In this document: positions 44,719 to 52,685 of the stretch, one piece after another
Layout: the number at the start of each line of letters is the position of its first letter
Numbering within the stretch: position 1 is the first letter of the stretch
Assembly (NCBI GenBank): GCA_015067715.1
Contig: SVLY01000001.1
Location: 15,071 to 79,070 of the forward strand
DNA: 64,000 bases
Source of the DNA: Oscillospiraceae bacterium
Lineage (GTDB): Bacteria > Bacillota > Clostridia > Oscillospirales > QAMX01
Direction of reading: 5' to 3'
The notes under the pieces: generated by a model
What the model was told of the DNA's origin: nothing
The model's input: only the letters and a program-made list of their open reading frames with translations
The model's database searches: none
Translations under genes and position numbers: made by a program

Positions 44719-47067
44719 TCAGAATATGAGGGTTCCGATGCCCCAAACGGCAAAGGCGAATATCCAGGCGATGGCGATCTGACCTGCGACGGTGAGACAG
44801 GCCCATTTTATGCCCAGCTCGCGCTTGATTGCGGCGATGGCGGCAATACAGGGGGGATAGAGAAGGCTGAAGGTGAGAAGCGAGGCGGCAGAGACGGGGG
44901 TGAGCAGGGCGGAAAGCGCCTCTTCCGTGCCGAAGAGCACGTTCACGGTAGAAACCACGCTCTCCTTGGCCATTATGCCGGTGATAAGCGCCGTGGAGAT
45001 GCGCCAGTCTCCAAAGCCCATGGGCTTGAAGATGGGGGCAATAAGCCCGGCGACGCTTGCCAGAATGCTGTCCGCAGAGTCGGTGACAAGGTTCAGGCGG
45101 AAGTCAAAGGTCTGTAAAAACCAGATGACTATGGTCGCAACGAAAATCACCGTAAATGCCCGGGAGAGAAAGTCCTTTGCCTTGTCCCACAGCAAAAACG
45201 CCACGTTTTTAGCTCCGGGGAGCCTGTAGTTGGGAAGCTCCATAACGAAGGGGACGGCCTCGCCCTTAAAGGCGATGCTCTTTGAAATAAGGGCGACAAG
45301 AATTGCCACGGCGATCCCGCCGAAATACAGCCCCACCATCACAAGGGCGGAATATTTGGGGAAGAAGAGCTCCGCAAAGAAAACGTAGATGGGGAGCTTT
45401 GCGGTACAGCTCATAAAGGGGGTGAGGACTATGGTCATTTTCCTGTCCCTGTCCGAGGGCAGGGTGCGGCTGGCCATAACGCCGGGAACGGTACACCCAA
45501 AGCCGATCAGCATGGGCACGATGCTTCTGCCGGAAAGACCTATCTTTCGCAGAAGCTTATCCATAACGAAGGCAACGCGAGCCATATAGCCGCTGTCCTC
45601 AAGCAACGAGAGGAAGAAGAACAGGGTAATTATAATGGGGATAAAGCTGAGCACGCTTCCCACGCCGTTGAAAATGCCGTCTATAACAAGGCTGTGGAGC
45701 GAGGCGTTCACCTCCCAGGAGGTGAGGGCGGCGTCCACGATATCGGTGAGCTTGCCGATGCCAAGCTCCAGAAGGCTCTGAAGTCCGGCGCCGATGACGT
45801 TGAAGGTGAGGAAGAACACAAGGGCCATGATTCCGATAAAGGCGGGGATGGCGGTGAACTTTCCGGTGAGGAATTTGTCGATCTTCCGGCTGCGGCTGTG
45901 TTCACGGCTCTCTTTGGGGCGGACGACTGTCTCGGCGCAGAGCTTTGCGATAAAGCCAAAGCGCATATCTGCAATTGCGGCGGCACGGTCCAGCCCGCGC
46001 TCGGCTTCCATCTGGGTGATAATGTGCTCAACGGTCTCTTTTTCGTTTTCGGAAAGACTCAAAGCCTCGGTGACGAGGTGGTCGCCCTCCACAAGCTTTG
46101 AGGCGGCAAACCTTACGGGAATGCCGGCGGCAAGGGCGTGGTCCTCGATGAGGTGCATAATGCTGTGCAGACAGCGGTGAACGGCGCCGCCGTGGGCGTC
46201 CTTGTCGCAAAAGTCCTTTCTGCCGGGGCGTTCGCGGTATTTTGCAACGTGGACAGCATGGCGCACCAGCTCGTCAACGCCCTGGTTTTTTGCGGCGGAG
46301 ATGGGAACCACGGGAATGCCCAGCAGGTCTTCCATTTCGTTTATGCGAACAACACCGCCGTTTCCCCGAACCTCGTCCATCATGTTCAGGGCGAGAACCA
46401 CAGGAACGTCCAGCTCCATGAGCTGGAGGGTGAGATAAAGGCTTCGCTCAATACAGGTGGCGTCCGCAATATTGATTATGCCCGTGGGCTTTTCCTCAAG
46501 AATAAACCTGCGGGATACAACCTCTTCTCCGGAATAGGGGGAGAGGGAATAGATGCCGGGCAGGTCGGTGACGAGTGTGCCGGGGTGGCCCTTTATCTCG
46601 CCGCTCTTGCCCTCGACGGTAACGCCGGGGAAATTGCCCACGTGCTGGTTCGAGCCCGTGAGCTGGTTGAAAAGGGTGGTCTTTCCGCAGTTCTGGTTGC
46701 CGGCAAGGGCGAAGGTGAGCTTTTCGCTCTCGGGAAGGGGAGCACCGTCGGCCTCGGTGTGGTATTTGCCCTCTTCCCCAAGTCCGGGGTGGGAACGTCC
46801 GGGACTGCGGAGGGCGGTGTTTCCCTTCGTATCGGAGCGGGTGGGGATCGGTGAAACGTCGATATTTGCCGCATCCTCAAGGCGAAGCGTCAGCTCATAG
46901 CCGTGGAGCCGAAGCTCCATGGGGTCGCCCATGGGCGCGTATTTGATAAGAGTCACCTCGGTGCCGGGGATAACGCCCATGTCCAGAAAATGCTGTCTGT
47001 GGGCACCCTCACCGCCAACACGGGTCACAACTCCGGACGAGCCGGGGGTAAGGTCTTTCAGTGTCAT
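44719..47067 (-). CDS. feoB: Ferrous iron transporter, FeoA-FeoB fusion
   Basis: N-terminal FeoA (SGVVTRV...MGVIPGTEVTLI), then the FeoB G-domain (ALAGNQNCGKTTLFN) and a polytopic permease. Confidence 0.9.
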   Translation of the reverse strand: MTLKDLTPGSSGVVTRVGGEGAHRQHFLDMGVIPGTEVTLIKYAPMGDPMELRLHGYELTLRLEDAANIDVSPIPTRSDTKGNTALRSPGRSHPGLGEEGKYHTEADGAPLPESEKLTFALAGNQNCGKTTLFNQLTGSNQHVGNFPGVTVEGKSGEIKGHPGTLVTDLPGIYSLSPYSGEEVVSRRFILEEKPTGIINIADATCIERSLYLTLQLMELDVPVVLALNMMDEVRGNGGVVRINEMEDLLGIPVVPISAAKNQGVDELVRHAVHVAKYRERPGRKDFCDKDAHGGAVHRCLHSIMHLIEDHALAAGIPVRFAASKLVEGDHLVTEALSLSENEKETVEHIITQMEAERGLDRAAAIADMRFGFIAKLCAETVVRPKESREHSRSRKIDKFLTGKFTAIPAFIGIMALVFFLTFNVIGAGLQSLLELGIGKLTDIVDAALTSWEVNASLHSLVIDGIFNGVGSVLSFIPIIITLFFFLSLLEDSGYMARVAFVMDKLLRKIGLSGRSIVPMLIGFGCTVPGVMASRTLPSDRDRKMTIVLTPFMSCTAKLPIYVFFAELFFPKYSALVMVGLYFGGIAVAILVALISKSIAFKGEAVPFVMELPNYRLPGAKNVAFLLWDKAKDFLSRAFTVIFVATIVIWFLQTFDFRLNLVTDSADSILASVAGLIAPIFKPMGFGDWRISTALITGIMAKESVVSTVNVLFGTEEALSALLTPVSAASLLTFSLLYPPCIAAIAAIKRELGIKWACLTVAGQIAIAWIFAFAVWGIGTLIF

Positions 47068-47166
47068 TGATGTCTCCTTTGGGTTAGCATAGGGTAACGG
47101 GTCCTTGCGGACATAATTTTACACAATTACGGTCTGTTTGTAAATAGGTATGAGCAACTTTTTTTC

Positions 47167-47196
47167 TTTACAGCCAAAGACTTTTTGTGGTATAAT
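47167..47196 (+). promoter_or_regulatory. Promoter of the glycyl-radical-enzyme gene
   Basis: TTTACA, an 18-nt spacer, then TGgTATAAT (extended -10). Confidence 0.6.
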
Positions 47197-47236
47197 GGCT
47201 TTGGGAAAACAGTGGGTTTTTCAGGGGGTGTTATCT

Positions 47237-49372
47237 GTGGAATTTTTTACCTCAGCATCAGAGAAAAGACCGGTCAGACTTAGCGCGGCGACCCGGCAGT
47301 TTGCCTGGGACTCCCTCCACGGAAAATACGGCGACGAGGCAGAGCGGAATTTTGCCGTTGAAATGGATTTTCTCCCGGAATTCGAGACCATGTCCGGGCT
47401 CGACCGCTACGACGCGGCGATTCGGGCCATTGCCCAAAGAGCTCCCCTTCGCATCTGTCCGGCGGAGCGGGTGTGCGGAGCGGCAACGCTCAGCCTTGCC
47501 ATAGGCCACAGGGTTCCGGTCACCTTCCGGGGAAAGGATGAGCTTGCCGGTGTGAGCCATCTCACCCTGAATTTTGAGCGCCTGCTCAAAGATGGGCTGG
47601 AAGGCTACCGTGAGCGGATACTTGCAAAAATGCAGACGGAGCTGACAGACGAACAGCTTCGCTTTGAGCAGAGCCTGCTGAACGCGGTGGACTCCTTTGT
47701 TATCTGGCACGGAAGATATCTTGACCTTGCCCGAAGGGAATCAGCCCAGCTTTGCGCTCTGCTGGAAAGAGTTCCCCTTCACCCTGCCCGGAGCTTTCAC
47801 GAGGCCGTGCAGACGGTGTGGATGGAGTTTGCCTTTGCAAGGCTTTGCGGCATCTGGCCGGGTATCGGCCGTCTGGACGTTTTGCTGGGAGAATATCTGG
47901 AGCGGGATCTTGAGTCCGGAGCACTCACCCTGGACGAAGCGAGAGAGATTCTGGCATCCCTGTTTATAAAGGGCTGTGAGTGGATCAGAAGCCAGCCTCC
48001 CACAGGCTCCGGAGATGCACAGCACTATCAGAATATCGTTCTCGGCGGCGTAGACGGGACCGGACGGGAGGTGACCAACGAGGTCACCTATCTGGTGCTG
48101 GACATCGTTGAGGAGCTTGCCATATCCGATTTTCCCATAACCGTCCGTGTGAATGAAAACACCCCCCAAAAGCTCATCCGCCGTATGTCCCAGGTCATCC
48201 GCCACGGCGGCGGTATCGTTGCGGTGTACAACGAGGGGCTTATCTTAAAAGCCCTTGAAAGAAACGGCTACACTCAGAAAGAGGCCGCGCGCTTTGCAAA
48301 CGACGGCTGCTGGGAGGTTCAGATACCGGGCTGTACGGACTTTTCATATATCCCCTTCGACGGGCTTGCGGTCTTTGAAAAGGCGATCGGCCTTGACAAA
48401 GAGGATTTTTCGGGCTTTGAAAACGAGGACGGGCTTTTTGCCGCATTTTTGTCCGCGCTCGAGGAGAAGGTTCGCGAGATCTACCGGAACAACGTTGAAG
48501 CCGCCTTTTACTTCGACGGAGAGCGCTGGCGGGGCAGATGGGGCTGTGAATGCTCCGTGGTGGCGCTTTTTGAGGACGATTGCATAGACCGCGCCGCGGG
48601 CTATTACGACCTTGGCACCAGATACACCCTCCGCTCGCCCCATATCGGCGGCGCGGCAGACATTGCAAATTCCATTCTCGCCATACGCCGGCTGGTCTTT
48701 GAAGAGAAAAAGGTCAGCTTTGAGGAGCTGCGGCAGATAATTAAGAACAACTGGTCCGGTGCGGAGGAGCTGAGGCTCATGGCAAGGAACGGCATTGAAT
48801 ATTACGGCAACGACTCCGACGAGGCAGACGCCATCATGGCGCGTGTGCTCAACGGTTTTGCGGATACCGTGGAAAAGATCGCCCGGGAGCATTCTGACTG
48901 CCCCGTGAGGTTCATTCCGGGGGTGAGCACCTTTGGCCGCCAGATAGAGTGGCGCTACGTTCGCCATGCAACGGCCTTTGGCTACCGGGCGGGAGAGATA
49001 CTCTCCGGCAACGCGTCCCCCACCCCGGGCACGGATGCGGCGGGGCTTACCGCCGTGATACGCTCCCACTGCAAGGCGGATCTCGTGCGCCAGACCAGCG
49101 GAGCCGCGCTGGACATACGCATCGCCGGAAGCACCCTCTCCGGGGAGCAGGGTATTGCGGGGCTCTCCGGGCTGATCATGGCCTTCGTCCGGCTGGGAGG
49201 CTTTTTCCTTCAGGCAGACACGGTAAGCGCCGAAACTCTCCGCGCCGCCGCGGCCGACCCCGAAAGCTACAAGACCCTTTCCGTCCGGGTTTCCGGCTGG
49301 AACGCGAGATTTGTTACGCTGAACCGGGAATGGCAGGAAATGATCATCCGCCGCACGGAGCAGGGTGCGTAA
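47237..49372 (+). CDS. Glycyl radical enzyme, PFL2/glycerol-dehydratase-like family
   Basis: C-terminal glycyl-radical motif SVRVSGWNARFVTL, a Cys loop ANDGCWEV, and FHEAVQTVW / GRLD PFL2-type segments. I prefer the GTG at 47237 (AGGGGG 8 nt upstream), because the ATG at 47150 lies upstream of the predicted promoter. Confidence 0.8.
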   Translation: MEFFTSASEKRPVRLSAATRQFAWDSLHGKYGDEAERNFAVEMDFLPEFETMSGLDRYDAAIRAIAQRAPLRICPAERVCGAATLSLAIGHRVPVTFRGKDELAGVSHLTLNFERLLKDGLEGYRERILAKMQTELTDEQLRFEQSLLNAVDSFVIWHGRYLDLARRESAQLCALLERVPLHPARSFHEAVQTVWMEFAFARLCGIWPGIGRLDVLLGEYLERDLESGALTLDEAREILASLFIKGCEWIRSQPPTGSGDAQHYQNIVLGGVDGTGREVTNEVTYLVLDIVEELAISDFPITVRVNENTPQKLIRRMSQVIRHGGGIVAVYNEGLILKALERNGYTQKEAARFANDGCWEVQIPGCTDFSYIPFDGLAVFEKAIGLDKEDFSGFENEDGLFAAFLSALEEKVREIYRNNVEAAFYFDGERWRGRWGCECSVVALFEDDCIDRAAGYYDLGTRYTLRSPHIGGAADIANSILAIRRLVFEEKKVSFEELRQIIKNNWSGAEELRLMARNGIEYYGNDSDEADAIMARVLNGFADTVEKIAREHSDCPVRFIPGVSTFGRQIEWRYVRHATAFGYRAGEILSGNASPTPGTDAAGLTAVIRSHCKADLVRQTSGAALDIRIAGSTLSGEQGIAGLSGLIMAFVRLGGFFLQADTVSAETLRAAAADPESYKTLSVRVSGWNARFVTLNREWQEMIIRRTEQGA

Positions 49373-49391
49373 AAAACAAAGAATAAGCTAA

Positions 49392-49450
49392 AATCGCCAA
49401 ATCCCAACCTGTAAAAAAGGTGAGATTTGGCGATTCGTTTTGTCTTTTTT
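49392..49450 (+). terminator. Rho-independent terminator of the GRE gene
   Basis: aatcgccaaatc ... gatttggcgatt, a 12-bp stem with a T-rich tail. Confidence 0.7.
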
Positions 49451-49526
49451 GTGGTATAATATCCGGCGGTGCGCGTGTTGACCGCGGCGCCGTTTTTCGG
49501 GGAAAGGGGACGTGTGAAAAAAGAAG

Positions 49527-50636
49527 ATGAGGACCTGCTTTGGTTTTTTGAAAAAGAATACGGTAATGGTGATCGCCATGGTGGCGGCGGCCGTGACCTG
49601 TATTTTTGTTCCCGTTGACAAAGAGTATATAAACTATTTTGACTTCAAGACTCTGGCCTGTCTTTTCTGCGTGCTGGCTGTGGTCTGCGCGTTGAAGAAC
49701 ATAAACTTCTTCTATATGCTCGCCAGAAGCGTTGTGCGCTATTTCAAAAACACGAGGCTCTGCATTCTTGCTCTTCTGTACATAACCTTTATCGGCTCAA
49801 TGCTGATCGCAAACGACATGGCCCTGCTTACGTTTTTGCCCCTTGGCTATTTCGTGCTCACCTCCACCAACAAGCGCCGCTACATGGCCTTTACCTTTAT
49901 AATGCAGAACATCGCCGCCAACCTGGGCGGAATGCTCACTCCCTTTGGCAATCCCCAGAACCTCTACCTCTACACCAGGTTCGAGATACCGAACCTTGAG
50001 TTTATGAAGATAATGGCGCCTCCCTTTATCCTCTCCGTTTTGCTTATGACGGTCTGCTGTCTGTTTATAAAGCCCGAGCCAATGGAGATCGAGGGCGAGC
50101 CCATCTGCGTTCCCCCGGGACGCACCGTGCTCTATCTTGCGCTCTTTGCCCTCTCCATCGCCATCGTCTTCCGGGGAATTCCCTATTGGGTCGGTCTTAT
50201 CGTTATCCCCGTCGTTTTGCTCTTCGTGGATTACCGCGCGCTTCTCATGGTGGACTACCCCCTGCTTCTCACCTTTGTGTTCTTTTTCATCTTTTCCGGC
50301 AACATGGCCCGCATTCCGGCGGTGCAGAACGTGCTTTCATCCCTGCTTGACAGAAGCGTTCTGCTTTTCAGCATAATCTCCTGCCAGATGATAAGCAACG
50401 TTCCCTCTGCCATACTGCTCTCCCAGTTTACGGAAAACTACAGCCAGCTTCTGCTTGGCGTTAACATTGGCGGCGTCGGCACCCTTATCGCCAGCCTTGC
50501 CAGCCTTATCACCTTCCGGGAATACCAGAAAGACGAACCCGGCCACACCCTTGGGTATATCGGCAAGTTCTCTGCCCTGAACTTCGGCTTCCTGGGCGCC
50601 CTCACCGGCCTTGAGCTGGTGCTGAATCTGTTTTAG
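49527..50636 (+). CDS. Anion permease of the ArsB/NhaD/CitMHS superfamily
   Basis: 369 aa, polytopic, with GGMLTPFGNPQNL and GVNIGGVGTLIASLA segments. The start is uncertain. Confidence 0.65.
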   Translation: MRTCFGFLKKNTVMVIAMVAAAVTCIFVPVDKEYINYFDFKTLACLFCVLAVVCALKNINFFYMLARSVVRYFKNTRLCILALLYITFIGSMLIANDMALLTFLPLGYFVLTSTNKRRYMAFTFIMQNIAANLGGMLTPFGNPQNLYLYTRFEIPNLEFMKIMAPPFILSVLLMTVCCLFIKPEPMEIEGEPICVPPGRTVLYLALFALSIAIVFRGIPYWVGLIVIPVVLLFVDYRALLMVDYPLLLTFVFFFIFSGNMARIPAVQNVLSSLLDRSVLLFSIISCQMISNVPSAILLSQFTENYSQLLLGVNIGGVGTLIASLASLITFREYQKDEPGHTLGYIGKFSALNFGFLGALTGLELVLNLF

Positions 50637-50646
50637 CTTCATATAC

Positions 50647-50676
50647 GGGACGGATGAGACCATCCGTCCCTTTTTT
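50647..50676 (+). terminator. Rho-independent terminator of the permease gene
   Basis: gggacggatg-agac-catccgtccc followed by T6. Confidence 0.85.
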
Positions 50677-50898
50677 GTTAGGGGGCGAACCGGGATGATA
50701 CGCGGGAGCCCTCTCAGTCTCGCTCCGCGAGCCAGCTCCCCCGAAAGGGGGAGCCAAGGGGGGGCATACTTTTATACATAGCACCATTCTGACCTTTACA
50801 GGCACAATCTCAAGGCTCCTCCTTCGGGGGAGCTGTCAGCGAAGCTGACTGAGGGAGTACCCGCTTTCGATGTTGTAACAAACTGATCTGACGGGATA
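50647..50898 (+). repeat. Direct repeat, copy 1 (terminator plus REP-B plus REP-A composite)
   Basis: About 250 bp that recurs at 52123-52165 plus 52382-52586 with only a handful of differences. Confidence 0.9.
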
Positions 50899-51109
50899 TA
50901 GCGGCAAGACCGGCGAACGCAGTTTACCCGTAGGGCAGTAGCAAGCCTCAGCCCTGCGTATCTCCCGGGCGAAAAATCCCGTCAGGGGCGAATATGGTTC
51001 AAAGAAGAGGTTATTGTATTTGTGTCAGGAAAGGAGTAAACTGTGTTTGCAACCGAAGAGAGTGTCGGCCGACCTGCCGGAGGTTAAAAACTATAACAGG
51101 AGAAAAAAT

Positions 51110-52111
51110 ATGAACGTCTATTTTGGAGAAAACCTTCGTCGCCTTCGCATGGAGCGGGGGATGACCCAGGAAGGCCTGGGTGACCATCTTGGTATCTCAT
51201 TTCAGTCGGTCAGCAAATGGGAACGGGGAGAGACCCTGCCGGACATTGAAATGCTTTCCTGCATTGCGGCATTTTTTGATGTCACAACAGATTCACTTAT
51301 CGGAATGGAGCGTCACCTACGCGAAAAGGAAGTAAACCAAGCTATAGGCCGATATTCCGATCTCTGGTCAAAGGGTGATTACTGCGGAGCCTTTGATGTG
51401 ATGAAGTCTGCCGTTACGCGCTTTCCGGGAGAGTACGCCCTTTGGGTGAGATATCTCAATGTTATGTGCTGGATAGGCAGAAGTGATGCAGATAAAGCAA
51501 CTAAATTCAAACCCGAAGCAGATGCGGTATATTCCAGAATTGCCGACTACTGCACTGAAGACAATGTTCGTATTTGGGCAAAAACGATTATGTGCAGGTA
51601 CTACAGATTTCTTTGTGATAGAAATCTCGGTGTGACTGAAGAGAAAGTTTACGAGATGCTTTCCGGATTGCCTCTGATGCAGAACTGCCGGGATTATCTG
51701 GGGGTAACTCTGCTTTCCGGGGTGGCGAAGTCCGAACAGCGGAAAAAGACGGTTGCAGAGCTTGGGTATTTGCTATCTGCGGTGGCAACGGGATATGATA
51801 AACCCGGCGAGTTGGAGTGCGCTATTGCTACCCTTGAAGCACTTTTCCCAGAGGGCGATTTTGGAAAGGCGACGGTGAATGTTGCCTTGCTCTATGCCAA
51901 TCTTTGCAGAGCATACAAAACGATGGGGCGCCGCGAGGAAGCCTCGGTAGCGTATGAAAAGGCATTGGGCATTGCATCTGCCTTTGACGGAGTCTGTGAG
52001 CTTGAGCATAGTTCACCACTTGTCAGAGAACTTTCTGTTAGCAAAAATTCCGTACCTATGGCACAGGCGGGATCTCTTGTGAACCGCGTGAAGACCTGCG
52101 CGGAGAAATAG
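51110..52111 (+). CDS. XRE-family HTH regulator with a helical (TPR-like) C-terminal domain
   Basis: LRRLRMERGMTQEGLGDHLGISFQSVSKWERGETLP HTH_3 motif. The ATG at 51110 follows AGGAG. GC is visibly lower than in the flanks. Confidence 0.75.
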   Translation: MNVYFGENLRRLRMERGMTQEGLGDHLGISFQSVSKWERGETLPDIEMLSCIAAFFDVTTDSLIGMERHLREKEVNQAIGRYSDLWSKGDYCGAFDVMKSAVTRFPGEYALWVRYLNVMCWIGRSDADKATKFKPEADAVYSRIADYCTEDNVRIWAKTIMCRYYRFLCDRNLGVTEEKVYEMLSGLPLMQNCRDYLGVTLLSGVAKSEQRKKTVAELGYLLSAVATGYDKPGELECAIATLEALFPEGDFGKATVNVALLYANLCRAYKTMGRREEASVAYEKALGIASAFDGVCELEHSSPLVRELSVSKNSVPMAQAGSLVNRVKTCAEK

Positions 52112-52122
52112 TTGGCAAAAAA

Positions 52123-52152
52123 TGGACGGATGAGAGCATCCGTCCATTTTTT
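52123..52152 (+). terminator. Rho-independent terminator of the HTH-TPR gene
   Basis: tggacggatg-agag-catccgtcca followed by T6. It is a paralog of the terminator at 50647, with a compensatory change in the basal base pair. Confidence 0.85.
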
Positions 52153-52586
52153 GTTAGGGGGCGAATGAATATTGATTCGTAGGGACGCCCCTCCCGGGGC
52201 ATCCGAAAAAAGGTTTGCCTTCGGTACAATATCTCAACCGGGACGAGACGTGCTGACGGAATCCCCCCTACCCCTCACCCGGCAAGGGGGGCTTTTTGTT
52301 GCGGTTGGATTTGGAGAAGCGTAAAAACGGTAGGGGTGAAGGCGAAAATCGCCCCTATGCGTATGCTGTGAAGGGAAAAGTGGGATGATACGCGGGAGCC
52401 CTCTCAGTCTCGCTCCGCGAGCCAGCTCCCCCGAAAGGGGGAGCCAAGGGGGGTGTACTTTTATACATAGCACCATCTGACCTTTACAGGCACAATCTCA
52501 AGGCTCCTCCTCCGGGGGAGCTGTCAGCGAAGCTGACTGAGGGAGTACCCGCTTTCGATGTTGTAACAAACTGATCCGGCGGGATA
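52123..52586 (+). repeat. Direct repeat, copy 2, interrupted by a 216-bp insertion (52166-52381)
   Basis: The alignment to 50647-50898 is collinear except for the insertion, which itself carries palindromic cgtagggNcg...-type motifs. Confidence 0.9.
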
Positions 52587-52685
52587 ACGCTGTTCGGGAT
52601 GCAGGAAAAAGTTTTTCTTGCATAGACCGGGTCCATCTGTTATAATCAAAACGTGATCCAAAACTTAACGGAGGAACGGTTTGCT

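Noticed and set aside
47100-47145. Possible Fur-type box (gtaattgtgtaaaattat) overlapping the predicted feoAB promoter (TTTACA-17-TAAAAT on the minus strand).
   Set aside because: Only short TAATT/AATTA arms are symmetric. The match to the 7-1-7 Fur consensus (TGATAATnATTATCA) is poor. It needs a PWM scan before it can be claimed.
49462-49526. Hairpin plus T5 (cggcg...cgccgttttt) in the 5' leader of the anion permease gene, as an attenuator or riboswitch.
   Set aside because: Only a 5-bp outer stem pairs cleanly, the inner part does not, and there is no similarity to any aptamer core I know. It is too weak to report as a feature.
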